From the NCBI RefSeq assembly GCF_009914755.1, contig NC_060925.1: a stretch of DNA of 64,000 nt; one strand, given 5' to 3'. Under the pieces are notes generated by a model. The model did no database searches and was not told the origin of the DNA. It worked only from the letters and a program-made list of their open reading frames with translations. Below are positions 29,661-43,240 of this stretch, piece after piece; positions within the stretch are counted from its first letter, which is position 1, and each line of letters begins with the position of its first letter. The stretch comes from the human T2T-CHM13v2.0 reference genome, Homo sapiens. The position numbers were made by a program, and so were the translations under genes.

Positions 29661-30794
29661 GACTTTTCATAAGAAAAACAACAAATAAAAACAAATGCTT
29701 GGAAATGATGATATAGAAGATTCTTAAGATCACTTTAGCTCTAAAATCCTCTGAGCTAAATTTATGGGAATTATGACCTATAATAGTAGATACAGTGAAA
29801 TGATATAAGATTCCCTATGTAAGTCTAGGAAAGATATAATTAAAATGTTCCCAGAACTAGAGATAACATGGGGAAGATTTGGCCAAGTATCTCTTTAATA
29901 GATTCCTCCAGTTATTCTCAGCTTTAAAACAAACCCAATCCCTGCTTACATCAAAGGAAATATGTGACCTTGGCTTAACTGGTACCACTTCTTAACAAAA
30001 ATAGGTTAAAAACAAACGCAAGGTAGAAAAGTAGCCAGGTCAAGATTCCCATAGTTTTAGCTTAGAGGATTTTAGGGCTAAAGTCATCTGAAGCTTAAAT
30101 TTGACTGCCTCGGGATCATCAAAATAAAAGTGTCCCATCTGGGCATCCTTCTATTCCTTTTGCCTCCAATGGGCCAAATTAGGAGGTCCAATGGCATGTG
30201 CAGGAAGTACTTTCTATCGTGAATGAGCACCAGGTTTGGATCTTTCCTTGTTCCCACAGAAGGGGAGTCAACCACATGTTTTTCTGATGTTTCTCAGCTT
30301 TATCCACCCTCTCCTCCCCAAAAGCTTCAGGTAACATCCAGGACTTTTCTGGCTATCTCATAACTGAAGTAAAATCTCTTCTCTCCACCATAAGTTATAT
30401 TGTGAGAGAGGTGTCCTGCAGATCTTTAAACAGAGCCACGTATCTTATTACTGGTGTGGTACCTACGCTATTTGTATGTGCCACCTCGCACGTCTTCAAG
30501 GCATTTTACACACACATGTGGAATGTGTCTGCCCAAATGGTGTGGCAACAAGGAAACTAGATTCCCTAATGCCAGAGATGCAGGCTTTAGGGATATGTCC
30601 GGAAGCTGCAAGTTAATTTCTTCAGGTGTGTGTATGTGTGCATGTGCGCGTGTGCATGTAATATTTCATAGGGCAACTGATTTTGAAGAGATTTATTGCT
30701 GGTCCAGAATATATTTAATTGTTTTTTCTCTTGCTCTTTCTTTTCTATAAGGTAGATATTACTTCATAGTTTTCATACTATTTTCCTTTTTCTT

Positions 30795-31045
30795 TTAAAT
30801 ATTTATTTATTCAACACACATAGATCCCACTATGGGTCAGGAACTGTTCTAAAAACTTTACAAATATGAATTTATTTATTCCTCATATCAATCCTATGAG
30901 GAAGATAGTATTAGAATGCCCATTTTTACAGGTACAAGAAATTGAGGCACAGAGAAGTTAAGTAATGTGTCTAGATCACACAGCCAGTGAGGAGCTAAGC
31001 CCTGCTGCCAGGCTCCAGAGCTGAGGCTGTTAATCACTATGCTAT
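30795..31045 (-). mobile_element. MIR SINE
   Basis: ccatttttacaggtacaagaaattgaggcacagagaagttaagtaa. Confidence 0.8.
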
Positions 31046-31178
31046 ATTATATCAGACAGACCTACATCTCTTCCCATTCAGGTCTAAACTCACATTTTTA
31101 ACATAACTTGATGTCTGGAAGAGACCTACCCTTAGCTGAACTCATTCTTCAGAAAAGGAGGGAAAAAGGAGAGGAAGG

Positions 31179-31466
31179 TGTGAAAGGAAAATATCTTGGG
31201 CCCCCCAAATCACTAAGCGAAAGGGAAAAGTCAAGCTGGGAACTGCTTAGGGCAAACCTGCCTCCCATTCTATTCAAAGTCACCCCACTGCTCACTGAGA
31301 TAATTGCATATCTGATTGCCTCCTTTGGAAAGGCTAATCAGAAACTCAAAAGAATGCAACCATTTGTTTCTCACCTATCTGTGACCTGGAAGCCCCCTCA
31401 CCTCTTAGAGTCTTCCTGCCTTTGCTTCCAGTTGTCCCACCTTTCCCAGACCAAACCAATGTACTT

Positions 31467-31518
<52 letters not shown>

Positions 31519-31687
31519 TGATGTCTCATGTCTCCTTAAAATGCGTAAAACCAAGCTGTGCCCTTACCACCTTGGGCACATTGTTGTCAGGACTTCCTGA
31601 GGCTGTGTCACAGGTGCACGTCCTCAACCTTGGCAAAATGAACTTTCTAAATTAACTGAGACCTGTCTCAGACTTTCTGGGTCTACA
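31179..31687 (+). mobile_element. Solo ERV1 LTR, MER4A1-like, with internal (TG)5(TA)19
   Basis: aagg|TGTGAAAGGAAAATATCTTGGGCCCC...GTCTACA|aagg: TG...CA ends with a perfect 4-bp TSD. Confidence 0.88.
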
Positions 31688-32444
31688 AAGGTATTGAATA
31701 AGGAAGACAGAATGAATAGGGAGAAGTGTAACAGAGAAACGTACAAAGCAATCAGTGGAATTGAACTCATGTCTAGTCTTCTAGCAAGTGTTGCCAAATC
31801 TCAGTCAGCCGCCTCTCATTAGTCCATGGGACACCTTGAAGTCTCTTCCTTGGTCCGGGAGGTGCCAGCTGGGGGTCTTCAGAGACACAGGCAAGCATAC
31901 CCAGAGATTCCTGCCTCTTCTAATTAATCTGTGTGTTTGTTCCACAATGAGTCTGAAGGAAGAATACTGCTGGGCTCAAAACAATACTGAGGGGCAGGCA
32001 TTATTATCCCCATCTTATGATGGGGGACCATGAGGCCACATGAGACTCTATTGTCTAATGGCACACAGCTAGAAAGTAGCAGAGATGCAAACCCAGGGTC
32101 ATGTGACAACAAAACTGTCATTTTCTATTTCCTCGTGATGCTTGGTAAATACTTGCCAGGAAACCCAACAGTAGCAATGATGGATATTTAGGTGAGAGTA
32201 GCAATCTAGCTTCTCTCTCTGCCTCTGTGACCTGGTCACTTCCTCTAATCCCCCAAGAACTCTAAGCAACCATTATCTTATTTGTTTTCAATGCATCTCT
32301 GTGAAACTAACAAGAAAATACACTATTAGGACCACTTTGAAGGAGATTATATGATAATATCAACAATTTTATTGAAAAATAATCCTACTAGCATTCAGTT
32401 TTATGGCTGAGCTTTTATTGTGTATGAAGGAAATCACTGGCTTA

Positions 32445-33211
<767 letters not shown>

Positions 33212-33676
33212 TCCCAATGTAAAATTCTTTCTGAACCAAGAAGTTCCCCTCACCTGAACCCCACTGTAAATACATGTCGGAGTAAGACGTAATGGGTATG
33301 ATTGGTGGGGTGAGGGCTGCGGAAATGGGAAATAAACCAGCTGAAAAGATCTACCAAAAGGGTAAAGACTATGCTTTCCTCTTTCCCAACTCAGTCCCTA
33401 CTTCCTGACCTCCTCTCGACAAGATCTAGGCAGAGGCAGTCTCATTTCTAGACTACAGTGAAGACTTCAGCCACCACTAGATTAGTGATGACACCTCACT
33501 TCTTGCCTTTGGCAAACCAATTCCCAGGCTAAAAGGGGAAATGTTAGTAATGTCTCCTGTCTACAACAGAAAAAGCAGCTGATTCCAAAAACTGTCTTGA
33601 AAATTGACTATCAGTTTGCTCATGAGGGTCTAGGCCCAGGTTGCTGTCAACTGCTGGTCCATATCATAATACTGAC

Positions 33677-33712
33677 ATCCTCCTCCTCTTCCTCCTCTTC
33701 CTCATCATCATC
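33677..33712. repeat. (TCC/TCT/TCA)n trinucleotide tract
   Basis: Directly visible. Confidence 0.8.
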
Positions 33713-33817
33713 TCCCAGAAAATATTTTCCCATGGGTTCTAAGAAGATGTATTTAAATAGTCCAAGGCAGAACAGGGACAGGCATTGAATGGAGAACCAC
33801 CTAGAAATATTCTAAAT

Positions 33818-34239
33818 CAATGGTTTGAAACATTTTATTCTCAGGACTCCTTTACACTCTTAAAAATAATTGAAGGCCCCAAGTAGCTTTATTATATTTA
33901 TATAAAAAGGCCCAATTATGTCTATCAATATGTACAATATTAGAAGTTAAAATAGAAATTTTAAAAATTTATTAATTCACGTAAAAACAATGAATTCATT
34001 CAATATTAACATATTTTATAAAACATGAGAGAAGTAATATTTTATATTTTTTGCAAATTTAAAAAATATCTAACAATTGAAGATAGCTGGATTCTCATAT
34101 CTGAATTCAATTTATGGTAATATCTTGTTTGGGAAGAAAATTCAGCTTTTCTGTAGTTGGAAAAGGCAGGACCTTGGATATGCCCTAAGAGGGTTCCTGG
34201 GACCCTTAGGTATCCTTGGATGACACTGTGAAGACTGCT
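33818..34239. mobile_element. MER119/Charlie1-like hAT element
   Basis: tctcaggactcctttacactcttaaaaataattga...gaagatagctggattctcatatctg...gactgctg. Confidence 0.7.
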
Positions 34240-34572
34240 GTTCTAGACTGACTCACACACTGATGCTTCCATTCATAGGGAAATGGAGCTTGAGCATTTT
34301 CGTGTGGGCTTCCATGCAAAATCTTCCAGTCCCTGCCTGGGCAAAGTAAAATCTCATTTAACACTTTACTGTTAATCCAAACTAAGCATGGTTCTTGGAT
34401 TCTGGAAGAAGGAATGTAGACTTGGAGAAGACCAAGGGTAAGAATGTAGTCTATCCCTTTAGACATATCATATTTACCCTGCTCCAACATATAAAGCTTT
34501 ATGCTAGTGCAAACTCTTTAGAGAAAGTCCACCAACAGTCTTGAACAATCAGTTCTATGTATATGAGGTTTA

Positions 34573-34785
<213 letters not shown>

Positions 34786-35764
34786 TCAATATAAGAAGTT
34801 ATTCCATCAATGACCCATGCAGGCAAGTCAACCCCGTATATTGGGAGGAAATGCCTTTGACAGCATGTTGGATCACCAAAGATTAGATTTCCAAGTTATA
34901 TTCCAATTTGATTTTGACTCATTGTTTTTTTAAGCCTGTAAACTGAGGCTCCTTTCATCATGTGATCAGACTAAATCTCTCACCTTTGCTGTGCAGAGAA
35001 GTGCTGTCAGAACTTTAGAGTAGCCTCTCCTCTAATAACTGTACAGTTACCCAAATAGGTCAGGGTAAGAATCACTGAAGATAAGCTTGCAAATGAGTTA
35101 GCACATTTAAATCCAAGATATTCTAGAGCTTTTCTTAAGAACCATCTACATGGTCAGACCCTGCATTTGTTTGAAGGGTAATAAGGCAGCAAAAGGAATG
35201 ACACCATGCTTAAGAAATTAATAACTTTCTAATCTGGTCCTGTGATAAGTCAACTAAGAAATTAGAAAGATTTATCATCTCCTGGCACTGTACTGTTTGA
35301 ATGTATCCAAACACAATATCAACCCATAAAAACTCCTCCTCCATTAGGAGTAGCCTTCCTGAACTAAATAGACCCTAGGGCACACAGTGTGAATGCCATG
35401 TGCACCATTAACCAACAACTGCTTCCTTGGCATCCTCCTCATTAGGATGGAAAAGCAACATCAATGTTAGTAAATATGGGTCAGCAACTCATAAGTCATT
35501 AATTGGACCTTATTTGTAGTTATAGTGAGAAGAATTTACATTTTTTAGCTAAAGTAAGAACTTTTCTCATAAGGCTGTCATTAAAAAAGAATATTGATTT
35601 AATCTGGGTCTCTCATTGGGCATAAACCAAATTTAGAATTTAAAGATGCTCATGATATTAAAGCACATCATTTATTCCTATCCACAGTCACTGTTATAAT
35701 AAGATAAAGAACTCTGTCTTATGTAGAGGAACAAGGAATAATATAGCGAGAAGCAATATTGTAA

Positions 35765-35955
35765 TAGCAGTGACTTTGTCCTTTACATGGAAACCTTGGG
35801 CCAGCTGATTAACCTCTCTGAGCTTCAGTTTCCAAAACTGTAGAAATGGGAAAAAAGTAGCTGCTTCACTGGGTTGTTGAGAAGATTGAGAGACTGCATG
35901 TAATGAGCTTATGCAGTGCCTAACACATAGCTAGTGTTCATTAAATATTACTATT
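35765..35955 (+). mobile_element. MIR SINE
   Basis: accttgggccagctgattaacctctctgagcttcagtttcc...gtgcctaacacatag. Confidence 0.75.
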
Positions 35956-37831
35956 TGTAGAAGTAGAGGTGCAAATGAGGCCCATGTTCATGCACCTTTA
36001 ACTGCTTTTTCCATTTACCATTTATATATTTGTGTGAACAGGTGTGATTAGAGCTCTTTAATTATAAATGTATGTGATTTGGTCTTTATATAAGAATCTC
36101 AAATCAAGGACTTCTTCGGCACGCTATATATAGTACCTTAGATAGTGCTAAACACACGTGTGTCTGATTCTTATTGAAACAGGAAAGAAATCCAGTCCAG
36201 GTCCTACTACATTAGTCCAGGAAATAGATGTGACTCAAGATTCCCAGAGGATTCCATGACACCAGCTTAGGTCTGGGACAAGATAGTGAAGTGGTTCCTT
36301 CCTTGAGCAATAGCACAGTGTTTCTAGGAAGAATTCTGAAGCTGGCTGGTTCCCTCTCAGTCCACCTTGAACATCTGGACAGCTTCCCCTTTCACACTGC
36401 CTCATCTTCCTCATTCTCCTGACCATGTGTCCCACTGTAAACTCCTTTGAGGGGAAAGATCAGGTCGGGTATCCTGTTCTTTTTCCAACACCTGACACCC
36501 AGGGTTCTCTGTGCAAAGTAGGTGCTCAAATATATGTTTATTAAATAAATACATTTATATAACTTTGGCTGAATTGACCTCTATTAATTGAAATGGGTCA
36601 ACCCTAATGATAACATTACAGAGAATATTAAGATATAGAGCAAGCTTCCATTTATGGTATGAGAGTTTACAAGAAACTGAATGTGAAAATGGTTCAATTA
36701 CAAAGAAATAAAATGAAACACAATAAAATAACATTACATGATTATTCAGCAGGCACTGGCTTTGGGCAACAATCCAGCCTAGTTTTATGACTATAAACAT
36801 TGATTATCATTGCAAGCCTATCAGACTGTGAGATCCTTGAGGGCAAGAACTATATGTTATTTATCTTTGCAGCTCAGTGGTCGGCACAGTTTGTGGCATA
36901 AAGTAAGTTCTGTCCTTAGCAGGTCGGAAGAGAGAGGGGAGGGGAGGGAGAGGGGGGAGAATGGAGAGTGGGGGAAGGATAGACAAGCTAACTATGGCTG
37001 TAGAAGAATAGCTGAATCTTTGTTTACTTTATAAATATAGCATAAAATGTCTTTAAATATAATTCCAGTCAGCAGTATAAATTTAAATTTCCAGAGAACC
37101 ACAGAACTTTTGAAAAATCAGGGAGGGCCTGAATCCAGTCGTAATCTTCTCACTCACCATCTTCCCAGCTTTGAGGGAGTCACTTAACCTCACTGTGCAT
37201 TAGTTTTTCCATCTGTAAAATGGGTTTGCATTGCTTGCCCTGCTCCCTCACAGAGTGATCCTGAGAAGAGATGAACTGAGGTGGGTGGGAGAGCCTGCCT
37301 GCAAGAAAGGGCTCTTCACACGGAGGAATCACTGTGCCTCAGGAGGAGTGGCTGCACACAGTGCTGGGACTTTGGGGGCAGAATTTAGAAAAGTTTCCAT
37401 TTGTCCAAAGACCACCCCCCTTTTTTGAGAATTGACTAGTTTTGCACACTCTTTCCCGAGTTTTAAACAATAAAAACCTTTTGTCACAAAACACTTAATT
37501 AACATAGCCTTTCAAAACACAACTTGGAAAATGCTGGTTTAATTGGAGAATGATTTAAGTAAACCATGTAGTTAACTTCCCCTTGCAGGTAAATTCCCCA
37601 GACTCAGTTTCCCCATCTATAGGGGCTGGACTAGACTTAGGTCCCACCCAACTTTAAAATGTTCCCCCTCGACTTTAAAAATGTTCCCCCCCAAGTCCTA
37701 GAGGCTCTTTCCTCAGAGACTAAGGGATGGCCTAGGGTGACCTATTCACTCACATTTCCTGGATTTAGCATTGAAAGTCCTGCGTCCTGGGACAGATGGA
37801 CGCCAGGTGGCCTCGCTGGCAGCTCAACTCA

Positions 37832-38008
<177 letters not shown>

Positions 38009-38804
38009 TCAGAAAACATCCACATACGTGGGTGAATCGGGGAACTGAGTTCTCTGGGAACTGAGTGTAACCACTGACACCAATTTGTAGCACTCAGCCT
38101 TGAAACTATTAACATTCGCAAGTAATCCATGAATTTCCTACCACAGCAGACTTCTTTTAAAAACAAGTGACCTTTTTTGACGTCTTTCTTCTTCTCTCTA
38201 GACACTGATCACACACATTTGCATTAAAGACACTTCCTCCAAAAAGGCTGGAAGAGAGCACTGTAGCAAGACACAGCCGAGGTGTACTGGCCTCCCAAAT
38301 GGGCCTCTGGCTGGCAGGAGAGTGGAAGTGATGGGCCAGAATGAAAATGCATTTGCAAAGATTCCACTGGGCTACAGGAAGGAAGTGCTGCTCTTTGGCC
38401 TTGGTGGTACTATGAGTTTTTTAAGTGTCTAAAGCCCTTTGTCAACAATGGTACCAAATAGCAGTGTTGGGGGGAATGGACTGAGCCAGGGCTTCCAGCC
38501 TGAAGGAGGAAGTGAACATTCCCTGTAAGCTTAGAGGGGGGTTGCTCTCATAGTGGGAGTAGCTGTGTCATCACCTCCCTGTGTCAGGGATGCTCTTTGG
38601 AAGACACCTAAGACACAAGGGTACCTACTATATGGTCACCCACAGGTGCTGCACTTGGATTTGGCTGGATGCTTTTAATGCAAAATATTTAGCTTTTCAG
38701 CACTACCTTGTCCTCAGTAATATACTCCCCAAGAATTATAGCAAAGAGAATATCTAAGAAGGGATGTCTTTTCCCAGGAGAAGACAAAAGGACTTGGTGA
38801 GCAA

Positions 38805-39430
38805 TTACAGCACTTACCCATCACCTATTATATGCCAGGCCGTGGTCTAAGGTGCTCACTAACTCATGTGATCCTCACAACACCCCCAGGAGGTAAGCAG
38901 TATGATCATCCCCATTTTGCATATGAGGCAACTGAGGCACAGAGAGTTTCACTTTCTTAAAGTCACACAGCTGCTCCTGGCAGAACCATGCTTGAACCCT
39001 TTGTAGGTTGGCTGTGGAGTCCGTAACTTAGCTGCTTCATCATTAGCACACACCACACTTAACCGTTTACACAGTAGTCACCGTTTACTGAACACTTATG
39101 AGGAGCTTGGCACTATGCTTAAGTACTTTAGGTATTTTATCTCACAATACCCTATATTATCCCTATTTAGAGGTAAGGACACCATTAACATTGCCAGTTA
39201 ATTCACAAACTCTTCTCACTGCACTGGGCTCTGTTTCAAAGTCAATGACTTTTTTTCCCCATCCTGCACCTTCTGCTTGTGCAACAGATTCTGTACATTT
39301 GCATTAGAGCTAATCCTTTCTAATAGGCTGGAAGCAGGTAAATAACTTGCACAAGGTCAAGCAGCAGGAGTCGGGCAGAACTGGGGGTCTGTCCAGATCT
39401 GACTCCAATGCTGGGGCTTTTAATGACTAT
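38805..39430 (-). mobile_element. Cluster of MIR fragments
   Basis: atccccattttgcatatgaggcaactgaggcacagagag and aacttgcacaaggtcaa...tctgactcca. Confidence 0.7.
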
Positions 39431-40912
39431 GCTGTATACATATCGCCAACAAGTTAACACACTCCTCCAAAACCAACACCAAACTAAAGCAAAACTTTCT
39501 AAACTCAATGAAACACAGTGTTAAACATCTCCCCTCCCTCCCTACTGCCTGGTTTGCACTTTCTCTTTGCTGCCAAGCACCTTGTCTTAGTAGCCCACAG
39601 CTGCTGCAGGTGTGCCTCTGAAAACTCACCTCTCCTTCCTCCTCTTTCTTAGTTGAAGATCATCACCAGGCAGGATATGCACTGTTTGCTAACACTAATT
39701 CTGTAACTTCCCAAACAAATGGCCCCCTGTGGGCCTGCCAGGCTCCCAGCCTGGTCCATCTCCCTTTCTCCCCATGAAGGCAGCTGGAGTGCTGGAAGGT
39801 GACAGCATTTAAAGAAGTTTCCAAGGGCTGCCTCGTGCTGTGCAAACCCAGCTGTTCCAGATGATGGTAAACAAGCAAATGAGGCAGCTGAGGATTGCCC
39901 CCCATGTTTTGCTAGCCTCCCACTAATCATATTCCTTGGCCACCCAGCTGTTAGGCCAGATGTGCCACCAGAAGGGAGCTGGCTTCAGCACTGTGCGGCT
40001 GCCCAGGCATGGATGCAGGATAGAAACCTGGAAGACATGGAAGTTTGATTGGAATTGAATGGGCTGCACTGGTTGCCATGAGTTTGGTTTATTTTTCCCT
40101 CCTTCTAGACAGCTTGCTAGAAGCCATTAAGCAGATAAAGTCAGTCCTTCTTTTATTCCCACCTCATATGGTTTCAGCCCTTGTACCACCTAGCTACCTC
40201 AGTCACTAGCCAGTAGTTTCCATCTTTCCAACCACCCGCTTTTTTCAGAGTTCTCCTTCAAGCATGATTTTTGACAAAGACTTTGTTGAATGAAACATGA
40301 GCAGGCTTTGTTTCAGAATTCCAAAACCACATCTTGCCTGGCTTTAACGTCTAGATGACCACTGCTATCCCAAATTGGACCAGCTGAAATTCATACTCTC
40401 TTAGGCAACTTGCAGAAAAGACAGTTAGCTGTCTTGTCCAGGTTTTTTATTTTTTTACTTATCAATAAAGCCAAAAATAGTATTAATAGCTATCAGAAAT
40501 TAAGCAATTCTTTGTGTAGAATGGTCTACATATGTTATCTTCAACCCAATAACACAGGTACATTTCATCTTCTACAATTTAAAGATGAGGAAAATTAGAC
40601 TCAGAAAGATGAGGTAACTTGTCTAGGGTCCCAGTGGTGGAAAATGGCATGATCAGACTTCGGGCCTAGATTGTCTGTCCTGAAAGCATGTGTGTTTTCC
40701 ATCTACTCCGCCATGCTGCTTCTCTAGTATGATAAAATCTGGATTCATGAGAATCCCTAAAGAAACAAAGTCAATGTGTCAACAAAGCAAAGCAATCCTG
40801 TAGATTTGGTGATTGCTTTAAGGAATTCCCAGAGTGTGTTCTGGGGTCAATTATGGATTTGTAGATTCAGCCTAGTATTTTCTTTCTTTCTTTTTTTTCT
40901 CTCTCTCTTTTC

Positions 40913-40962
40913 AAACACACAAACACACACACACACACACGCACATGCATGCATACACACAC
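40913..40962. repeat. (CA)n-type microsatellite, imperfect
   Basis: Directly visible. Confidence 0.85.
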
Positions 40963-42756
40963 ATGAAGTACCAAAATACTGAGTGTAAATATTTTAGGAC
41001 AAAACATTATAAAGTGTCCAGAGTGACGACCTTGATGGCGAGTCAAGATCCTCAATCACTGAAAAAGATGCAATTATCCCTACTGCACTGGAACTTGCTT
41101 AGGCTGCAGTTCAGAGTAAAACATTTTAGAAAGATTTCCAGAAAAAAAAAAGGCTAAAACCCAAAATAATTTTCTTCTTAACCTTTGGGAACCCGAACAC
41201 ACATTCTTTAAGGAGTTTCCTAAGGTATAAATTTGTTTTGTTTTTTGCCTGAATCTTCTTTCTGCTGTTGCATCCACATTCTGGGTTCCCTCAAAATCTA
41301 TAGCTAAGTACAAAGAAACCAGAGTCTCCAAACCATGCCCTTCATCCTAGAAGTGTTTGTTGCCAGAGTCCTGTTCTCAGAAAGAAATCCTGCCTCCAGG
41401 AGAAGCATGCATTTTCTGTTTGCAAGGGCTGGATATTCTTTTCTCCTGGCTCTGGACAATGCCTCCACTTATTCCTTGAAAGAGAACTGTTTGATCAGGA
41501 GAGACCCCCAAGGTCATATATTAACCCTTCTTTGCATAGGTTATATTTAGCATTCCTAGGGACTTTATAAACTACAGGCTTAAGAAGAAAACTCCATTTA
41601 TTATGGCAACAGCCCTCCCCTAACAAAAAGGTTGAGCAAATGAGCTCATATTTCAGTGACCCCTAAAATACACAAGGTTAATCACCTTTCGTGAGATGCT
41701 CATGGCTTCTTGACTTATTAGTGGTATAAGGCATAATTGGCTAATGAGATTAAAATGATTTTTCCCATTCAACTCCTTTTCTTTGTCATCTTTCCCCTCT
41801 TTTCCTACCAGTGATTTTTAGTTGATTAATTACTTAGGAGGATGGTCAAATCTCAGGAAGACTCACTAAGATGCATACTTCCGTTCCAGATTATGAAGTG
41901 GGTGCTCTGTTGGGAGATGAGTATGAGAGATAAATACATGAACATATTCAGGGCCTCTGGGAGAAAAGGGATAGATTCTTGCAGCTGATCCTGCCTCACC
42001 TTACCTTAGATGATTCATAAGACATGCAACTATAATTCCTATTAGAAATGGGTTCTCTTTTACTAAATGGCAACCTCACTTCTTTTACAAATAATGATTC
42101 CCAAACTTTTTGATGGGCTCTGACATGCAGGCTCAAGCCATGCAGGACTTCTCCCAAGGGGAAAAGTTTGATGGAGTCAAATTTATATTTCAGCAGTGAT
42201 AGCTTCCTGCCTCCATTTCTCTGGAAGCCTCTGAGGCACACTCTTCTGCTTACTGTCCTACAGAGAGAGAGATGGTAATCTGTGATGGTCTCCGCACATC
42301 TGTGCTCCAGTAGAGGTGAAATGACACATTTCATGGGAAACCATTGTAGATAGCATGTGGAGGGAAGGGCGGCAGGGTCATTGGGTAATTCAAAGCTCAT
42401 TAGAGCATAATGCTCTGGCAAGGAAGGTCGTGTGTTCAATACATGAGAAAGTGGGCACCCGATTTCTCCCCTTCCATGGCACAGGCTGCTCACCTGTGTA
42501 CATTCTTACGTCTTACAAAGCTAAGGCATTTTTTGGCCACTTTCAGAATGAGTGTGAAGTTAAAGAAGGAGCATTAGAGCATGGGTTTTCCTCTTTTTCA
42601 TTGCATTAGAAATCATTTTCAAAGATTCAAACAAAATTTTATATGAAACCTCAATAGATAGACTTGATAAGGGTGAAGATATCCTGGCTAAAGCTCAGAG
42701 CAGGGAGGCTGAAGTCCTGCCAGCCAAGCCTGCTCCAATCCCCACTGCCATCTCCC

Positions 42757-43240
42757 ATGGCTGCTCCCTCCAATGATGTCCCTGGCATAATCCTAGAAAC
42801 CTGTGAAGATATCACCTCACATGGCAAAAGCGACTTTGCAGATGTGATTAAATTAAGGATCTTGAAATGGAGACATTATCCTGGATTATCTAGGTGGGCT
42901 CAATGTAATCACAAGAGTCCTTGAAAGCAGAAAGAGGAGGCAGAATTGGAGAGAGAGGGGGATGTGCTACAGAAAAATGGTCAGAAAAATGCACTGTTGC
43001 TGGCTTTAAATATGGGGAAGAGTCATGTGCCAAGAAATCTGGGTGGACTCTAGAATCTGCAAAAGGCAAGGGAATGGATTCCCCCTAGAGCCTCCAGAAA
43101 GAATTGCAGTCCTGGTGGCATTTTGATTTTAGCCCAGTGGGAACCATGTTGAATTCTCATCTATAGAGTTGTAAGTCAATAAATATGTGTAACTTATAGC
43201 CACTACATCTGTGGTAGTTTGTTACAGAGGCACTAAGATT
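42757..43240 (+). mobile_element. MaLR solo LTR, MLT1D-like
   Basis: atggcaaaagcgactttgcagatgtgattaaattaaggatcttgaaatgg...tgtggtagtttgttacag. Similar to 17820-18280. Confidence 0.85.
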
